Origin: an uncultured Gemmatimonadota bacterium | GTDB lineage: Bacteria > GCA-2686955 > CAYMWF01 | Reading direction: 5' to 3' | NCBI GenBank assembly: GCA_964394085.1 | Contig: CAYMWF010000020.1 | Coordinates: 11,615 to 75,614 of the forward strand | DNA length: 64,000 nucleotides | Shown: positions 29,493 through 38,932 of the stretch, piece after piece | How the letters are laid out: every line of letters begins with the position of its first letter | Position numbering within the stretch: the stretch's first letter is position 1 | Program-made: the position numbers and the translations under genes | Notes under the pieces: generated by a model | Database searches by the model: none | Told to the model about the DNA's origin: nothing | Seen by the model: only the letters and a program-made list of their open reading frames with translations

Positions 29493-30863
29493 CTAACGAG
29501 GCATTTTCCGGCAGTCGATCCCCTGCCGGAATTCGTATGCGCCCATGTCGATGACGCATCCCCCTCCCCCGGGGGCATCGAAGTCGGGGTTGCCCGCGTC
29601 TATGCATGGAGAATCCTGGGACAGCCGGTAATCGCCGTTATCCGGATCGATAAAAAGAGGATTCTCGTCGATATTCCCATCGAGCCAGTTGATGGTGACA
29701 TTTCCGTGGGTGACGATTCCCGCATCTCCGAACTGAATATCTGAGTAGGAAACTGTAAGCGAGCTGTAAACGTTGTAGATGGAGAAGTAGATCTCCTCGG
29801 GCAGTCCATTCCAGAATATGGTGTTCTCCAGGCGGGGGTGAGAGTCGTAACAGTACATGGCGCTGCCCCAGAATCCCGCGGTATTTCCGCTCGCCGTCAC
29901 GTTGACGAGGGTGGGGTTCGAGCGGTTCCCGCAGGAGATCGCGCCGGCCGAGGTGTAGGCGGTGTTATCCAGGATCGCGACGTTCACGAGCTCCGGGCTG
30001 CAGTCTTCGACGAAATCGAAGCCGCCGCCGTAGTCAGCGGCATTCCCGCGTACCATCACGTTGTAAAAGGAGGGATTGGAGTAGAATTTGCAGAAAACTC
30101 CTCCACCGTGGACGCTGGCCTCGTTACCGGAAATGTCCACATTCGTGAGGACCGCGTTCGAGCCGTACCAGCAGCTGAGCCCGCCTCCCGAGCCGCTGCT
30201 GTTCCCGGTCATCGTCACATTCTCGAGGATGGGGCTCGACGCATTGCAGCCGATGGCGCCGCCCGAGCCGGAAGCCGCGTTCCCGGAAAACTCTACATTC
30301 GTTATCGTCGGATCGGAGTCGTCGCAGTACATCCCGCCGCCGCTTCCGTAAATGGACCGGTTGCTGCTGATAAGCGTGTTCCCGAGGCTCGGGTTGGAAT
30401 ATAATGAACAGTAAATTCCGCCTCCCACGGTAGCCTCGTTCCCCTTGATGAACAGGTATTCCAGGCTGGGGTCGGAGCCCGCGCAGACAATCCCCCCGCC
30501 GAAAAAAGCATTGCCTCCGTTGGCAACGGTCAATCCCTTGAGAACCGCGTCGGGACCTTCCCCGTTCTCGAAGGTCGCCACGGTTCCGCTGCTGTCGCCG
30601 TCGATCACCGTTCGGGGAATGTAATAAGGATCTCCCGTGGTCAGGAATAACGATCCGACCGTTATGTCCTTTCCGTTGAAGTTGATATTCTCGACGTAAG
30701 TATCGGGCTGAACAAGAACCGTATCACCGGTCGCCGCGGCATCAATCCCGGCTTGAATCGTCGGCTGGTCCGCAGGAACGTGAATCGCAGCCGCGAAAAC
30801 GCCGCTTGCGGCTGCAAGCGCGGCTGTTAAAACCAGGCAGTTTCTAAAGTAAGTCATCGGCAC
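29493..30863 (-). CDS. Secreted right-handed parallel beta-helix repeat protein (paralog 5)
   Basis: Signal peptide then AAIHVPADQPTIQAGIDAAATGDTVLVQPDTYVENINF, beta-helix rungs, C-terminal IDMGAYEFRQG. Confidence 0.8.
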   Translation of the reverse strand: MPMTYFRNCLVLTAALAAASGVFAAAIHVPADQPTIQAGIDAAATGDTVLVQPDTYVENINFNGKDITVGSLFLTTGDPYYIPRTVIDGDSSGTVATFENGEGPDAVLKGLTVANGGNAFFGGGIVCAGSDPSLEYLFIKGNEATVGGGIYCSLYSNPSLGNTLISSNRSIYGSGGGMYCDDSDPTITNVEFSGNAASGSGGAIGCNASSPILENVTMTGNSSGSGGGLSCWYGSNAVLTNVDISGNEASVHGGGVFCKFYSNPSFYNVMVRGNAADYGGGFDFVEDCSPELVNVAILDNTAYTSAGAISCGNRSNPTLVNVTASGNTAGFWGSAMYCYDSHPRLENTIFWNGLPEEIYFSIYNVYSSLTVSYSDIQFGDAGIVTHGNVTINWLDGNIDENPLFIDPDNGDYRLSQDSPCIDAGNPDFDAPGGGGCVIDMGAYEFRQGIDCRKMPR

Positions 30864-31014
30864 CCCCCCGAGGAAAGCTCAATGAACGGCTTTTATATCC
30901 AATACTCCTCATCTACCGAATGGTTCAGGAAAACTTCCCCGGTGCGTATTGCACCGGAGAAGTCTCACGGGGACAAGGCCATGTCGGCCTGCGATGGCAC
31001 CGGGCCGGAAGGAA

Positions 31015-34000
31015 TCAGTTGATGGCGGTAGTGATCAGGTTCGACGTGTTGTTTCTTTCGATGGTCTGAATATAAATCGGACCAACCGGAGCGCCGCCGG
31101 GAATGAACCTCGTGAGCGATACATCGCCGTCACCGTCGGCTACGGCGGAGCCGGCGTTTTGCGGGTTCGCCAGGTCCAGGGTGGCATCCAGCCCGGCGAT
31201 ATAGGTGCTTCCCGCTCCTGTCAGGCTGTACGCGAAATAGACCGTTCCGAACGGAGCGGCGCCGTGAGCCGTGAAGGTGACGTTCGTCCCGCGGACGAGG
31301 GTTCCGGGTTCGTCGAAAACCATGAGCTTGTCGGTGTCGGTCCTGGCCGCCCATGTTCTCCAGGTGGCGTCCCCCAGCGTGTATTCGGTGTGACTCCAGA
31401 CTACGCCGGGATCGGCGATATCCTCATCGTTGCCGCTGTAATCGCCCCAGCGGGATTGAGAGGTCGGCCCGTCGCTCTCCTTGAGGCGGACGGAGGCGCG
31501 GAAAGCGCCTGCCGCATCGTAGAATTTCCGCCCGGCCCTGGCGATGTAAGGATAATCGCCGGAGGATGACCTGTTGCACGTGATCACGGCATCGTCGTCC
31601 TCGGTGACCGTGATATCGGGGAACCAGTTGTGCTCACCGGTTCCGTAGTCCAGGGTTCCGCTCTGCACGAGGGTCGGAGAGCCGCTGACCGGCCAGTTGT
31701 TCATCTTTATCTCGTACCAGCGCACCCGGGCCGTGTTGTTCTCGCCGATGGTGTGGGTCAGCCACAGCGAACCGTTTCGATAGACTCCATGCTTGATCCG
31801 GTCGTCGACCGTGTCGACCCTGTTCGACGAACCGTACTGTGTCGCATCCGGCGGGTAGGTGAAGTATGGCACGGTGATGTTGGTGTTGCTGATGGTGGGC
31901 GTGCCGGTGGCGTTCCTGACCGCATAGAGCCGGAGCTTCGTCGAGGATGTCCACGAAGTGGCGAAATACTGCGCCGGCGGATCGGCGTCATACGTCTTAA
32001 CCGCACCGAGGGAAAGCAGGCTGGAGGATGTCTTGATGTACTTCAGCGTCACCGGGTCGCCGCTCAGCATCGGGTCCTTCTCGAAGATGTGGATGACGTT
32101 GCCGCCCGGCCAGCCAAAGTAGTCGGCGGTTACGTAGTATGCGTCCGTGCCGATGCCGAGGTTCTCGAAATCGATGTAATCGCCGATGTTATCCGTCTGA
32201 AAATAGTATTTATGCCATCCGTCGGTGGGATCGCTGGTCTTGGACACGGCTACATTCAGGCCGTCCTGGGAGTATCCCTGGTGGTCGGCTGTTGCCACGA
32301 CGTAACGTCCGGCATGATTGTCATAAGCCGCCACCGGATCGAACAGGAACGTGCCTCCACTCTGCCCGGAAAAGAAGTCTTCCAGGAGTTCGCTGGAGAT
32401 GAGCGTGCCCGACTTCGTATGAACCCTGATATCCATGTTGACTACGGAAACGAGGTAGTCCGGTCCCACCGCTATGTCAGGATCGGGAGGGGTCCAGGCC
32501 GTAGTCTGGAAGGCCATGAACCCGAAGTCGGGCCCGGCACCCTTGCCGTCGAACACAGCCTTTTCCGGCACCCAGTCGGGATTGAAATCGGGCGGGGTTC
32601 TCACGTCCTCGGATGTAATGTCCGATGCCGCGGCGACCCGCTCCATGGCCGGCGGTTCGGGAACCTGGAGGGACGCGGGAGCCATCAAGGTCAGGCCGGA
32701 GGCGCTTTTATCGCCGTCGATACAGCCGTTCCAGGCGAAAACGAGCTGGTCCAGCCCGCTCCAGACCGTATGGGTCGCGTTCGACGCCACCGGAAGCGCC
32801 TGTTTCCCTTCGTCGTAACGGTTGACCCTGAACTCGTTTCCGAGCCTGTTGCCTTCCGCGTCATACATCTGCGCGTATATGGAAGAAGGTGCCTGGGGCC
32901 GCTTGTGACGCACGGCGGCGTCTTTTTCACCGTAGAGATTGTAGGATACAACGAAACGCCCGTCGGCCGCGGCGGCTATGGAAACCCCGCTTTTCCATCC
33001 GTCCCGTCTATCCGAAACCAGGAAAATGCCGCCGGCCGGCGAACCGTCCGGGTTGAATTTCCGCGATACGACGTCGTAGCCGCCCGTATCGCTCGACCGC
33101 ATCCAGGCCAGCAGGATGTTTCCGTTCCCGTCGACTGTTACGGACGGTTCTATGTTTTCCCGTCCGTCACCGGGATCGCTCAGTACAGCAGCCCCCGGAG
33201 CCGGGTTCCCTGAATCTACGAATCCGGCCATTATCGATTCGGGTTTTCCCTCGTCGGTGGTGTGAGCCCATGCCACGAGGAACCTGTCGCCGGGCAGGCC
33301 GGTGACCGCGGGGAGACGGTTTCGGCCGCCCGTGTCCGGACCGCTGAGTTCCAGTTCACCGGTGGCCGGGGATCCGTCGGCATTGAATACCCGCGCCCTG
33401 ACGCCCGTCCCTCCGCCGTTATCAGAGGCGGACCATGCAACCAAAACCCGGCCGTTTTCGTTCGAAGCGATGCCTGGCGTGATCTGTTCGCCGTCGGTAA
33501 CGACGTTTACGAGGATTTCATCACCAAGCGGACCGAATTCCCCGTCGACTTCACCGAACCTCCTCACGAAGATACCGCTTCTGCTGCCGTCCTGCCCCGG
33601 CGACTGCCAGGCGACCCATGCCACGTTATCGGCGTCGAAAGCGACTGCCGGTTCGTTCTGCGGGCCGGGCAGGAACTGGTTGACATGCAGCTCCGTTCCC
33701 AGGGGTCTGCCGAGCGGATCGAAACGTTGAGCGAATACGCCGTAGGTACCGGCTTCCTGGCGCCTGCTCGCCCAGACCGCGAGCACGTTGCCCTCCCCGT
33801 CAACATCGACGGCGGACCTGTTCTGCCTGTTCGAGGTAAAAGTGTTGGCGCGAACTTCCACCTGACGATACCCGGATAATGGATGTCCATCCGCAAAAGC
33901 AAGTTTTCCGGCCGATTGTTCTGAAACCGGGATTTCTGCGAGCAGGAAACCCAGTGTCAGAGCAAAGGCGACATAACCGCATGACACCAGCAGCGCTGCC

Positions 34001-34086
34001 GGTGAGAACCCCATCTTTTTATTCATCTTTTTTCCTTTGTTTGACCCGGAAAACATTCGGGTCGTTAGAGGGAAGTGTTCGATCAC
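31015..34086 (-). CDS. Large secreted/membrane-anchored hypothetical protein with N-terminal tandem ~50-aa LVAW-type repeats (likely start at MNKKMG, 34026)
   Basis: N-terminal hydrophobic segment. At least six repeats contain ..VAW..xxDG...G.F..RF.. .G.P.G.E..VN. The C-terminal 500 aa carry no recognised motif. The antisense ORF 31630..33213 is judged spurious. Confidence 0.5.
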   Translation of the reverse strand: MIEHFPLTTRMFSGSNKGKKMNKKMGFSPAALLVSCGYVAFALTLGFLLAEIPVSEQSAGKLAFADGHPLSGYRQVEVRANTFTSNRQNRSAVDVDGEGNVLAVWASRRQEAGTYGVFAQRFDPLGRPLGTELHVNQFLPGPQNEPAVAFDADNVAWVAWQSPGQDGSRSGIFVRRFGEVDGEFGPLGDEILVNVVTDGEQITPGIASNENGRVLVAWSASDNGGGTGVRARVFNADGSPATGELELSGPDTGGRNRLPAVTGLPGDRFLVAWAHTTDEGKPESIMAGFVDSGNPAPGAAVLSDPGDGRENIEPSVTVDGNGNILLAWMRSSDTGGYDVVSRKFNPDGSPAGGIFLVSDRRDGWKSGVSIAAAADGRFVVSYNLYGEKDAAVRHKRPQAPSSIYAQMYDAEGNRLGNEFRVNRYDEGKQALPVASNATHTVWSGLDQLVFAWNGCIDGDKSASGLTLMAPASLQVPEPPAMERVAAASDITSEDVRTPPDFNPDWVPEKAVFDGKGAGPDFGFMAFQTTAWTPPDPDIAVGPDYLVSVVNMDIRVHTKSGTLISSELLEDFFSGQSGGTFLFDPVAAYDNHAGRYVVATADHQGYSQDGLNVAVSKTSDPTDGWHKYYFQTDNIGDYIDFENLGIGTDAYYVTADYFGWPGGNVIHIFEKDPMLSGDPVTLKYIKTSSSLLSLGAVKTYDADPPAQYFATSWTSSTKLRLYAVRNATGTPTISNTNITVPYFTYPPDATQYGSSNRVDTVDDRIKHGVYRNGSLWLTHTIGENNTARVRWYEIKMNNWPVSGSPTLVQSGTLDYGTGEHNWFPDITVTEDDDAVITCNRSSSGDYPYIARAGRKFYDAAGAFRASVRLKESDGPTSQSRWGDYSGNDEDIADPGVVWSHTEYTLGDATWRTWAARTDTDKLMVFDEPGTLVRGTNVTFTAHGAAPFGTVYFAYSLTGAGSTYIAGLDATLDLANPQNAGSAVADGDGDVSLTRFIPGGAPVGPIYIQTIERNNTSNLITTAIN

Positions 34087-34235
34087 CCGGCTGAATGTTA
34101 CAGCCGTTTCGAGGTCAATGATTAAATTCTAACCGGCTGGATCCGCTGACGCAAATTCAATTGCCATTATTTCGACGCTAACTGCCGGCGCCAGGGGCCC
34201 GTCGGGCACGGAAGGCGCCGACGCCGTTTCCAACT

Positions 34236-34267
34236 GTTCAAAAATTGAACTTTCTCCACGTGGAGAA
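34236..34267. promoter_or_regulatory. Composite palindromic element GTTCAAAAATTGAAC + TTTCTCCACGTGGAGAA (second copy of the 5024-5056 element)
   Basis: About 32 bp, near-identical to 5024-5056. It lies in a divergent intergenic region. Confidence 0.6.
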
Positions 34268-34517
34268 TTTTTCGGCCAGGTGATTCCGATTCTCATGGTG
34301 ACTTTTCGGCAAGATAGTCAGGCTTACCGTGGCAAATTTTTCGGCTGGATAGTTCCGCTTCTCGTGTTGAATCTTTCGGCCAGGTGATTCCGCTTCTCGC
34401 GGTGCATCTTTAGGCCAGGTAATACCCCTTGATCCATCCCGTTGCGAGGTCCGTCGATTCAAAAAATATTTCGCCGATTGTATATTTTCCTGCAAGCCGA
34501 TACTCTCGACCCTGAAC

Positions 34518-35417
34518 ATGGCACGCGGGAGCCGGATTATGGCGAAAATATGTCTCATCCACTGGAAAGATACGGAGATCGGGGAAAGGGCGGTTCGCCT
34601 GGAGCACGCCGGGCACGAGGTCATGCCCCATTCGGATACGGGCGGTATCGCGGCGCTTCGGGCTCTCCGGGACGAGCCGCCCGACGCCTTCGTCATCGAT
34701 CTCGGCAGGCTCCCTTCCCACGGGCGCGATGTCGCCGTGTGGCTGAGGCGGCAGAAGCCGACCCGCCACGTGCCGCTCGTCTTCATCGAGGGCGATCCGG
34801 CCAAAACGGATCGTTTGCGGAAGCTCCTGCCCGACGCGGCGTATACTGACTGGGCCGGGATTGGGAAAACTCTCGAGGATGCGATTGCGAATCCCCCGTC
34901 GAATCCGGTGACGCCCGGCACGATGGACAGCTATGCTTCCACTCCCCTCCCGAAAAAACTGGGCATCCGGGCGGGTGCCTGCGTTAAACTCATCAATGCG
35001 CCCCAGGGGTTCGAGGAATCGCTCGGGGAGCTGCCGGAAGGTGCTTCTTTCACCAGGGAGGAGGAACCGGGTGGAACCTCGCTCGCCGGGGCTGAGGAGC
35101 CGGGAGGGACTTGGCTCGCCGGGGATAAGGAACCGGATGGAGCCTCACTCACAGGGAAAGACGAGTCCCGCCCCGATTTGATTCTGTGGTTCGTCGCTTC
35201 CCGGCGGGAGCTCGAACGGAATATCGTCGCCGTCGGCGCCGGATCGGGTAAGGGCGGCGTCTGGATTGCCTGGCCGAAGAAGGCGTCAGGGGTCCCTTCA
35301 GATTTGACACAGCAGGTCGTCCGTGAAACAGGGCTCGCGTCAGGCCTGGTGGACTACAAGATCTGCTCGGTGGATGAAACCTGGTCCGCCCTGCGATTCG
35401 CCAGGCGGAAGCGATAA
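34518..35417 (+). CDS. Hypothetical protein: receiver-like N-terminal domain, central 3x 10-aa tandem repeat, conserved C-terminal domain
   Basis: CheY-like pattern (DAFVIDLGRLPSHGRDVAVWLRR...VPLVFIEGD). A 30-bp x3 in-frame repeat encodes EEPGGTSLAG/EEPGGTWLAG/KEPDGASLTG (about 35062-35158). Confidence 0.4.
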   Translation: MARGSRIMAKICLIHWKDTEIGERAVRLEHAGHEVMPHSDTGGIAALRALRDEPPDAFVIDLGRLPSHGRDVAVWLRRQKPTRHVPLVFIEGDPAKTDRLRKLLPDAAYTDWAGIGKTLEDAIANPPSNPVTPGTMDSYASTPLPKKLGIRAGACVKLINAPQGFEESLGELPEGASFTREEEPGGTSLAGAEEPGGTWLAGDKEPDGASLTGKDESRPDLILWFVASRRELERNIVAVGAGSGKGGVWIAWPKKASGVPSDLTQQVVRETGLASGLVDYKICSVDETWSALRFARRKR

Positions 35418-35505
35418 ACGCCTGCGATTCGCCAGGCGGAAGCGATAACCTTCCTGAACGCCAACGGAACACGGCGACGGCGGCCGCAGACCGGAGGAAA
35501 GTCTC

Positions 35506-36228
35506 ATGACGGATAAATTCGATTTCGAACGTTACTGGCTGGCAAAACTCGCCGCCGCCATAGACGCTGCTGCAGGCGAGGAGGTGCGAAAGCATGTTCT
35601 GGCGGGGAGCGATATCCTGTCGGACGATTCCCCTCGTAAGGACGTACTCGCATGGACAAGGGAAGCCATGACGCGGCTCGAGGAGTCCGTTGACGCAGAA
35701 TCATGCCGCGTCATAATGGCCGGATGCGCATGCGAGTACCCGGTCGAACAGCTCGTTTCCGTCCGTTCTGTATACGAAGAAACGGGCGATATCGCCGACG
35801 CCCACCGCAGGCTGCAGGATCTTTTCGAGGAATTTCTGCGCGGCCCGGCGGGTCTGGATGACGAATTGATAAAAACAATCCTCGACCGGGGCTGGGGCCT
35901 TGCCGGCGAACTCCGGGGCGATACCGTGATCGTCACGAAGATTCCGAAAAGCGGCAACCTTCGCGAGTATTTCGAAACGGACAATCCGGAACGCCGGCGC
36001 GCACTGTACTGTCATTGCCCCCGGATCCGGGCGGTGCTCGAAGAAGGGGGAAAGATGTCCCCGGTATACTGCTACTGCGGGGCCGGTTTCTACAAGAGGA
36101 TATGGGAGGAGATCATCCGGGAGCCGGTCGAGATCGAGCTCCTCGAGTCGGTGCTGGACGGCGGCGAAGTATGCCGCGTGGCCGTGCGGCTCCCGCCCCG
36201 CCGCTCCACCGGTAGTCCGCGGAAATGA
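35506..36228 (+). CDS. Hypothetical Cys-rich protein (motifs CACEYP, YCHCPRIR, YCYCGAGFYK)
   Basis: ORF with protein-like composition. No family assigned. Confidence 0.4.
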   Translation: MTDKFDFERYWLAKLAAAIDAAAGEEVRKHVLAGSDILSDDSPRKDVLAWTREAMTRLEESVDAESCRVIMAGCACEYPVEQLVSVRSVYEETGDIADAHRRLQDLFEEFLRGPAGLDDELIKTILDRGWGLAGELRGDTVIVTKIPKSGNLREYFETDNPERRRALYCHCPRIRAVLEEGGKMSPVYCYCGAGFYKRIWEEIIREPVEIELLESVLDGGEVCRVAVRLPPRRSTGSPRK

Positions 36229-36257
36229 AACGCGGCTGACGAAAAAGGATCGAAGGA

Positions 36258-36887
36258 ATGGATACTGAGCGCCTTTCAGATGAGGAATTCGAATTCCGGC
36301 CGGTCACTGCCGACCGCCGGGACGATTTTGAAAACCTGTTCATGAACGGGCATCCCTTTCCGGGATGCTGGTGCATGTACTGGCGCATAAAACGAAAGGA
36401 CTTCGACCGGCAGTATGGAAAAACGAACCGCGACGCCATGCGAAAGATTATCGAGGCGGGTGAGATACCGGGTATCCTGGCATACCGCGACGGTGAGCCG
36501 GTCGCATGGTGCTCTGTAGCGCCGCGGGAGGTTTTCCCCGTCCTGGATCGCTCGAGGAATCTCAGGCGGGTGGATGAAACACCGGTCTGGTCCATAACCT
36601 GCTTTTTCGTGGCCGGGCCGTTCCGCGGGCGGGGAATGTCGGCCATCCTCATCCGCGCCGCGGTCTCATACGCCGCCTCGCAGGGCGCTGTTACGGTCGA
36701 GGCGTATCCCCTCATTCCCGAAAAGAGCCGAAGCCCCCAGTACAGCGCGTTCATGGGATTCTACGAGACGTTCAGGGAATGCGGATTCGCGGAAGTCGCG
36801 CGCCGATCGCCCATGCGCCCCATCGTGCGCTTAGTTAGCGAATCACCTGTGCTGCCTCAGTCGGAATTGGAATTTCCCTCGAGATGA
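36258..36887 (+). CDS. GNAT family N-acetyltransferase
   Basis: Acetyl-CoA binding motif A (ITCFFVAGPFRGRGMSAILIRAAVSYA). Confidence 0.8.
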   Translation: MDTERLSDEEFEFRPVTADRRDDFENLFMNGHPFPGCWCMYWRIKRKDFDRQYGKTNRDAMRKIIEAGEIPGILAYRDGEPVAWCSVAPREVFPVLDRSRNLRRVDETPVWSITCFFVAGPFRGRGMSAILIRAAVSYAASQGAVTVEAYPLIPEKSRSPQYSAFMGFYETFRECGFAEVARRSPMRPIVRLVSESPVLPQSELEFPSR

Positions 36888-36910
36888 GTGGGTCATAACT
36901 CAAGGGGAAC

Positions 36911-37201
36911 ATGGTAAAAAAGTTACGACGGAAGAACAGCCCAGAGGAGAAAGTTTCGATTTTACGGAAGCATCTTCCGGGAGGAGTGCCGGTATCGGAT
37001 CTGTGTGATGAACATGGCCCTCATCAGAATGTGTTTTATCGATGGCAGAAGGCGTTTTTCGAACGCGGAGCCATGGGCTTTGATCACCGCACCCGAACAG
37101 AACATCGAAGGAGGAACGATCCCTTGTATGTACCGGGCGCTACGAGCACCGTGTCTCCATCCACGGCCGTTTCGACGGCGGGACGTATCGCGTTGAAATA
37201 A
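36911..37201 (+). mobile_element. IS3-family transposase OrfA-like fragment (HTH_Tnp_1), truncated
   Basis: NSPEEKVSILRKHLPGGVPVSDLCDEHGPHQNVFYRWQKAFFERGAMGF matches the IS3/IS911 OrfA pattern (SPEFK..AV.....G.SV.ELCRE.GIS..TFYRW.K....G..G). No OrfB or inverted repeats are seen, so it is likely a remnant. Confidence 0.55.
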
Positions 37202-37275
37202 TCTGTGTTTTCATTCCAACGAAACCCGCCCGCAAGGACGCCGTCCAGCGGAATTCCGCGGCGCGCCGCCGGGTT

Positions 37276-38919
37276 TCACTTTGTATTCGAGAGTATGACT
37301 CCCCTGTTTACGATGCGGAACCGGTCGCTCTTCGATTCATCCCCCTGGAGGGCAGAGCCCCCAAGGCTGTCGGTAAAGATGTGAGCCACCGAGTCAGGAA
37401 TGATGAATCCGGGTCGCACAGACACCAGGCCGCAATATTCCCGGGCTCCCATGTCGGGGTTTTCACCGCAATAATACTCATCCAGTCCTGCTATCTTGAT
37501 GCCGGCGTCGATGCAGGGGGAATCTCCGGGCAGCAAAAAGGCCTTGTCAACATCGGTGAGCGGATCTTCGAATATCGAGCCTGCCCCGGGAATGTACACA
37601 TCGCCATCGGCATTGTTCCAGTAGCAGTTGTGGTGGTGCGGCGTTCCGAAGCCGTACGTCAACGCCCGGCCGGAGCGTGTTTCGAGAAATATGTTGTTTA
37701 TTACACCCCCCTCGGTTCTCAAGTGAGTCACGGAACCGCCATAGACTTCACCGTATATACCAGGATATGCGCCATTGCCGAAAAAGGTATTGTTGTAGAT
37801 CCCGGCAAATGCGTCATCTCCGAAACACTCGATGCCACCGCCGGAGCCGGAATACCAGTAGGTTCCCGCACGATTGAAAAGAAAGAGGTTCCCGTATATG
37901 AGGCTGCTGCACTCCTTCGATACCTTGATCGCGCCCCCGTTCTCGGCCTCGTTGCGAATGAACAGGTTGTTCCTGATCTCCGGTGAACCGTCCCTGATCT
38001 TCAGCGCCCCGCCGCAACTGCCGCTTTCTCCCGCTTCAACATGGGGCGCTGTATTGTTCGAGAACTCGTTATTGCATACGAGAAGCCCGTCGCAGTTTGA
38101 GAGGTGGAGTGCCCCGCCTTCTCCGCCGTCGTACTCTCCCCATTCCCTTTCGCCGAATGCAACGTTTCCCGTGAAACGGCAACCAGAGATTATGCCCCTG
38201 ACATTACTGATTGATCCCCCTCCCCCTCTCTGTGCTTCATTATTACTGATTATGCAATCACGCATCACAAGATCTGAACGGTATATATTCAGCCCACCAC
38301 CAGAACTATGATTGTTAATCGAACCGATGACGTTGTTTACGATTCTACAGTCGAGTATCTTCAAAGAAGACTCATTTGCATATATACCGCCTCCCAGTAG
38401 ATAATCATGCAAATATTCGGTTCCTCCCCCATTCCGCAAAGTCAGCCCTTCAAGTATGCTCGTAGTATCTTCGCCAGACAGAAACGTTACTACGCTGCCA
38501 ACCCCTCCTCCGTCAATTACAGTTTCCTCGGCTCCAGCTACACCCTTCACCACTATCGCCTTGCCGAGAAAATCGAGATGCTCGTAGTACGTGCCTGGAT
38601 ATACCAGCACGGTGTCCCCGTCCGAAGCGTGCTCGATGCACCACTGGATGGCCGGGTTGCCCGGCTTCGAATGCCAGATGCCGTCCGGGAGACCGGTAGA
38701 ATTTGAACAATCGTTGTTCTCATTGGGGATGGAGCCGGCGAAAGCGCATGCAGGCAGGAAAACCGTGAAAAAAATTCGGAGAAGCATACTTTTAAGCCGT
38801 TTCTTCCCTTGAAGACGAATAGGTGCTACTGTTTTAAAGACGTACTTATCCATTGTTTCCTCTCCAACATTATAACCGGAATTCCACCTGCATACCTCCG
38901 TGTATTCACACCTGCTCAA
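37276..38919 (-). CDS. Secreted right-handed parallel beta-helix repeat protein (paralog 6, divergent)
   Basis: Signal peptide MLLRIFFTVFLPACAFA, then NPAIQWCIEHASDGDTVLVYPGTYYEHLDFLGKAIVVKG, GGG-rung repeats, C-terminal PDMGAREY. Confidence 0.75.
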   Translation of the reverse strand: MSRCEYTEVCRWNSGYNVGEETMDKYVFKTVAPIRLQGKKRLKSMLLRIFFTVFLPACAFAGSIPNENNDCSNSTGLPDGIWHSKPGNPAIQWCIEHASDGDTVLVYPGTYYEHLDFLGKAIVVKGVAGAEETVIDGGGVGSVVTFLSGEDTTSILEGLTLRNGGGTEYLHDYLLGGGIYANESSLKILDCRIVNNVIGSINNHSSGGGLNIYRSDLVMRDCIISNNEAQRGGGGSISNVRGIISGCRFTGNVAFGEREWGEYDGGEGGALHLSNCDGLLVCNNEFSNNTAPHVEAGESGSCGGALKIRDGSPEIRNNLFIRNEAENGGAIKVSKECSSLIYGNLFLFNRAGTYWYSGSGGGIECFGDDAFAGIYNNTFFGNGAYPGIYGEVYGGSVTHLRTEGGVINNIFLETRSGRALTYGFGTPHHHNCYWNNADGDVYIPGAGSIFEDPLTDVDKAFLLPGDSPCIDAGIKIAGLDEYYCGENPDMGAREYCGLVSVRPGFIIPDSVAHIFTDSLGGSALQGDESKSDRFRIVNRGVILSNTK

Positions 38920-38932
38920 TTTGCAGGTTTAG

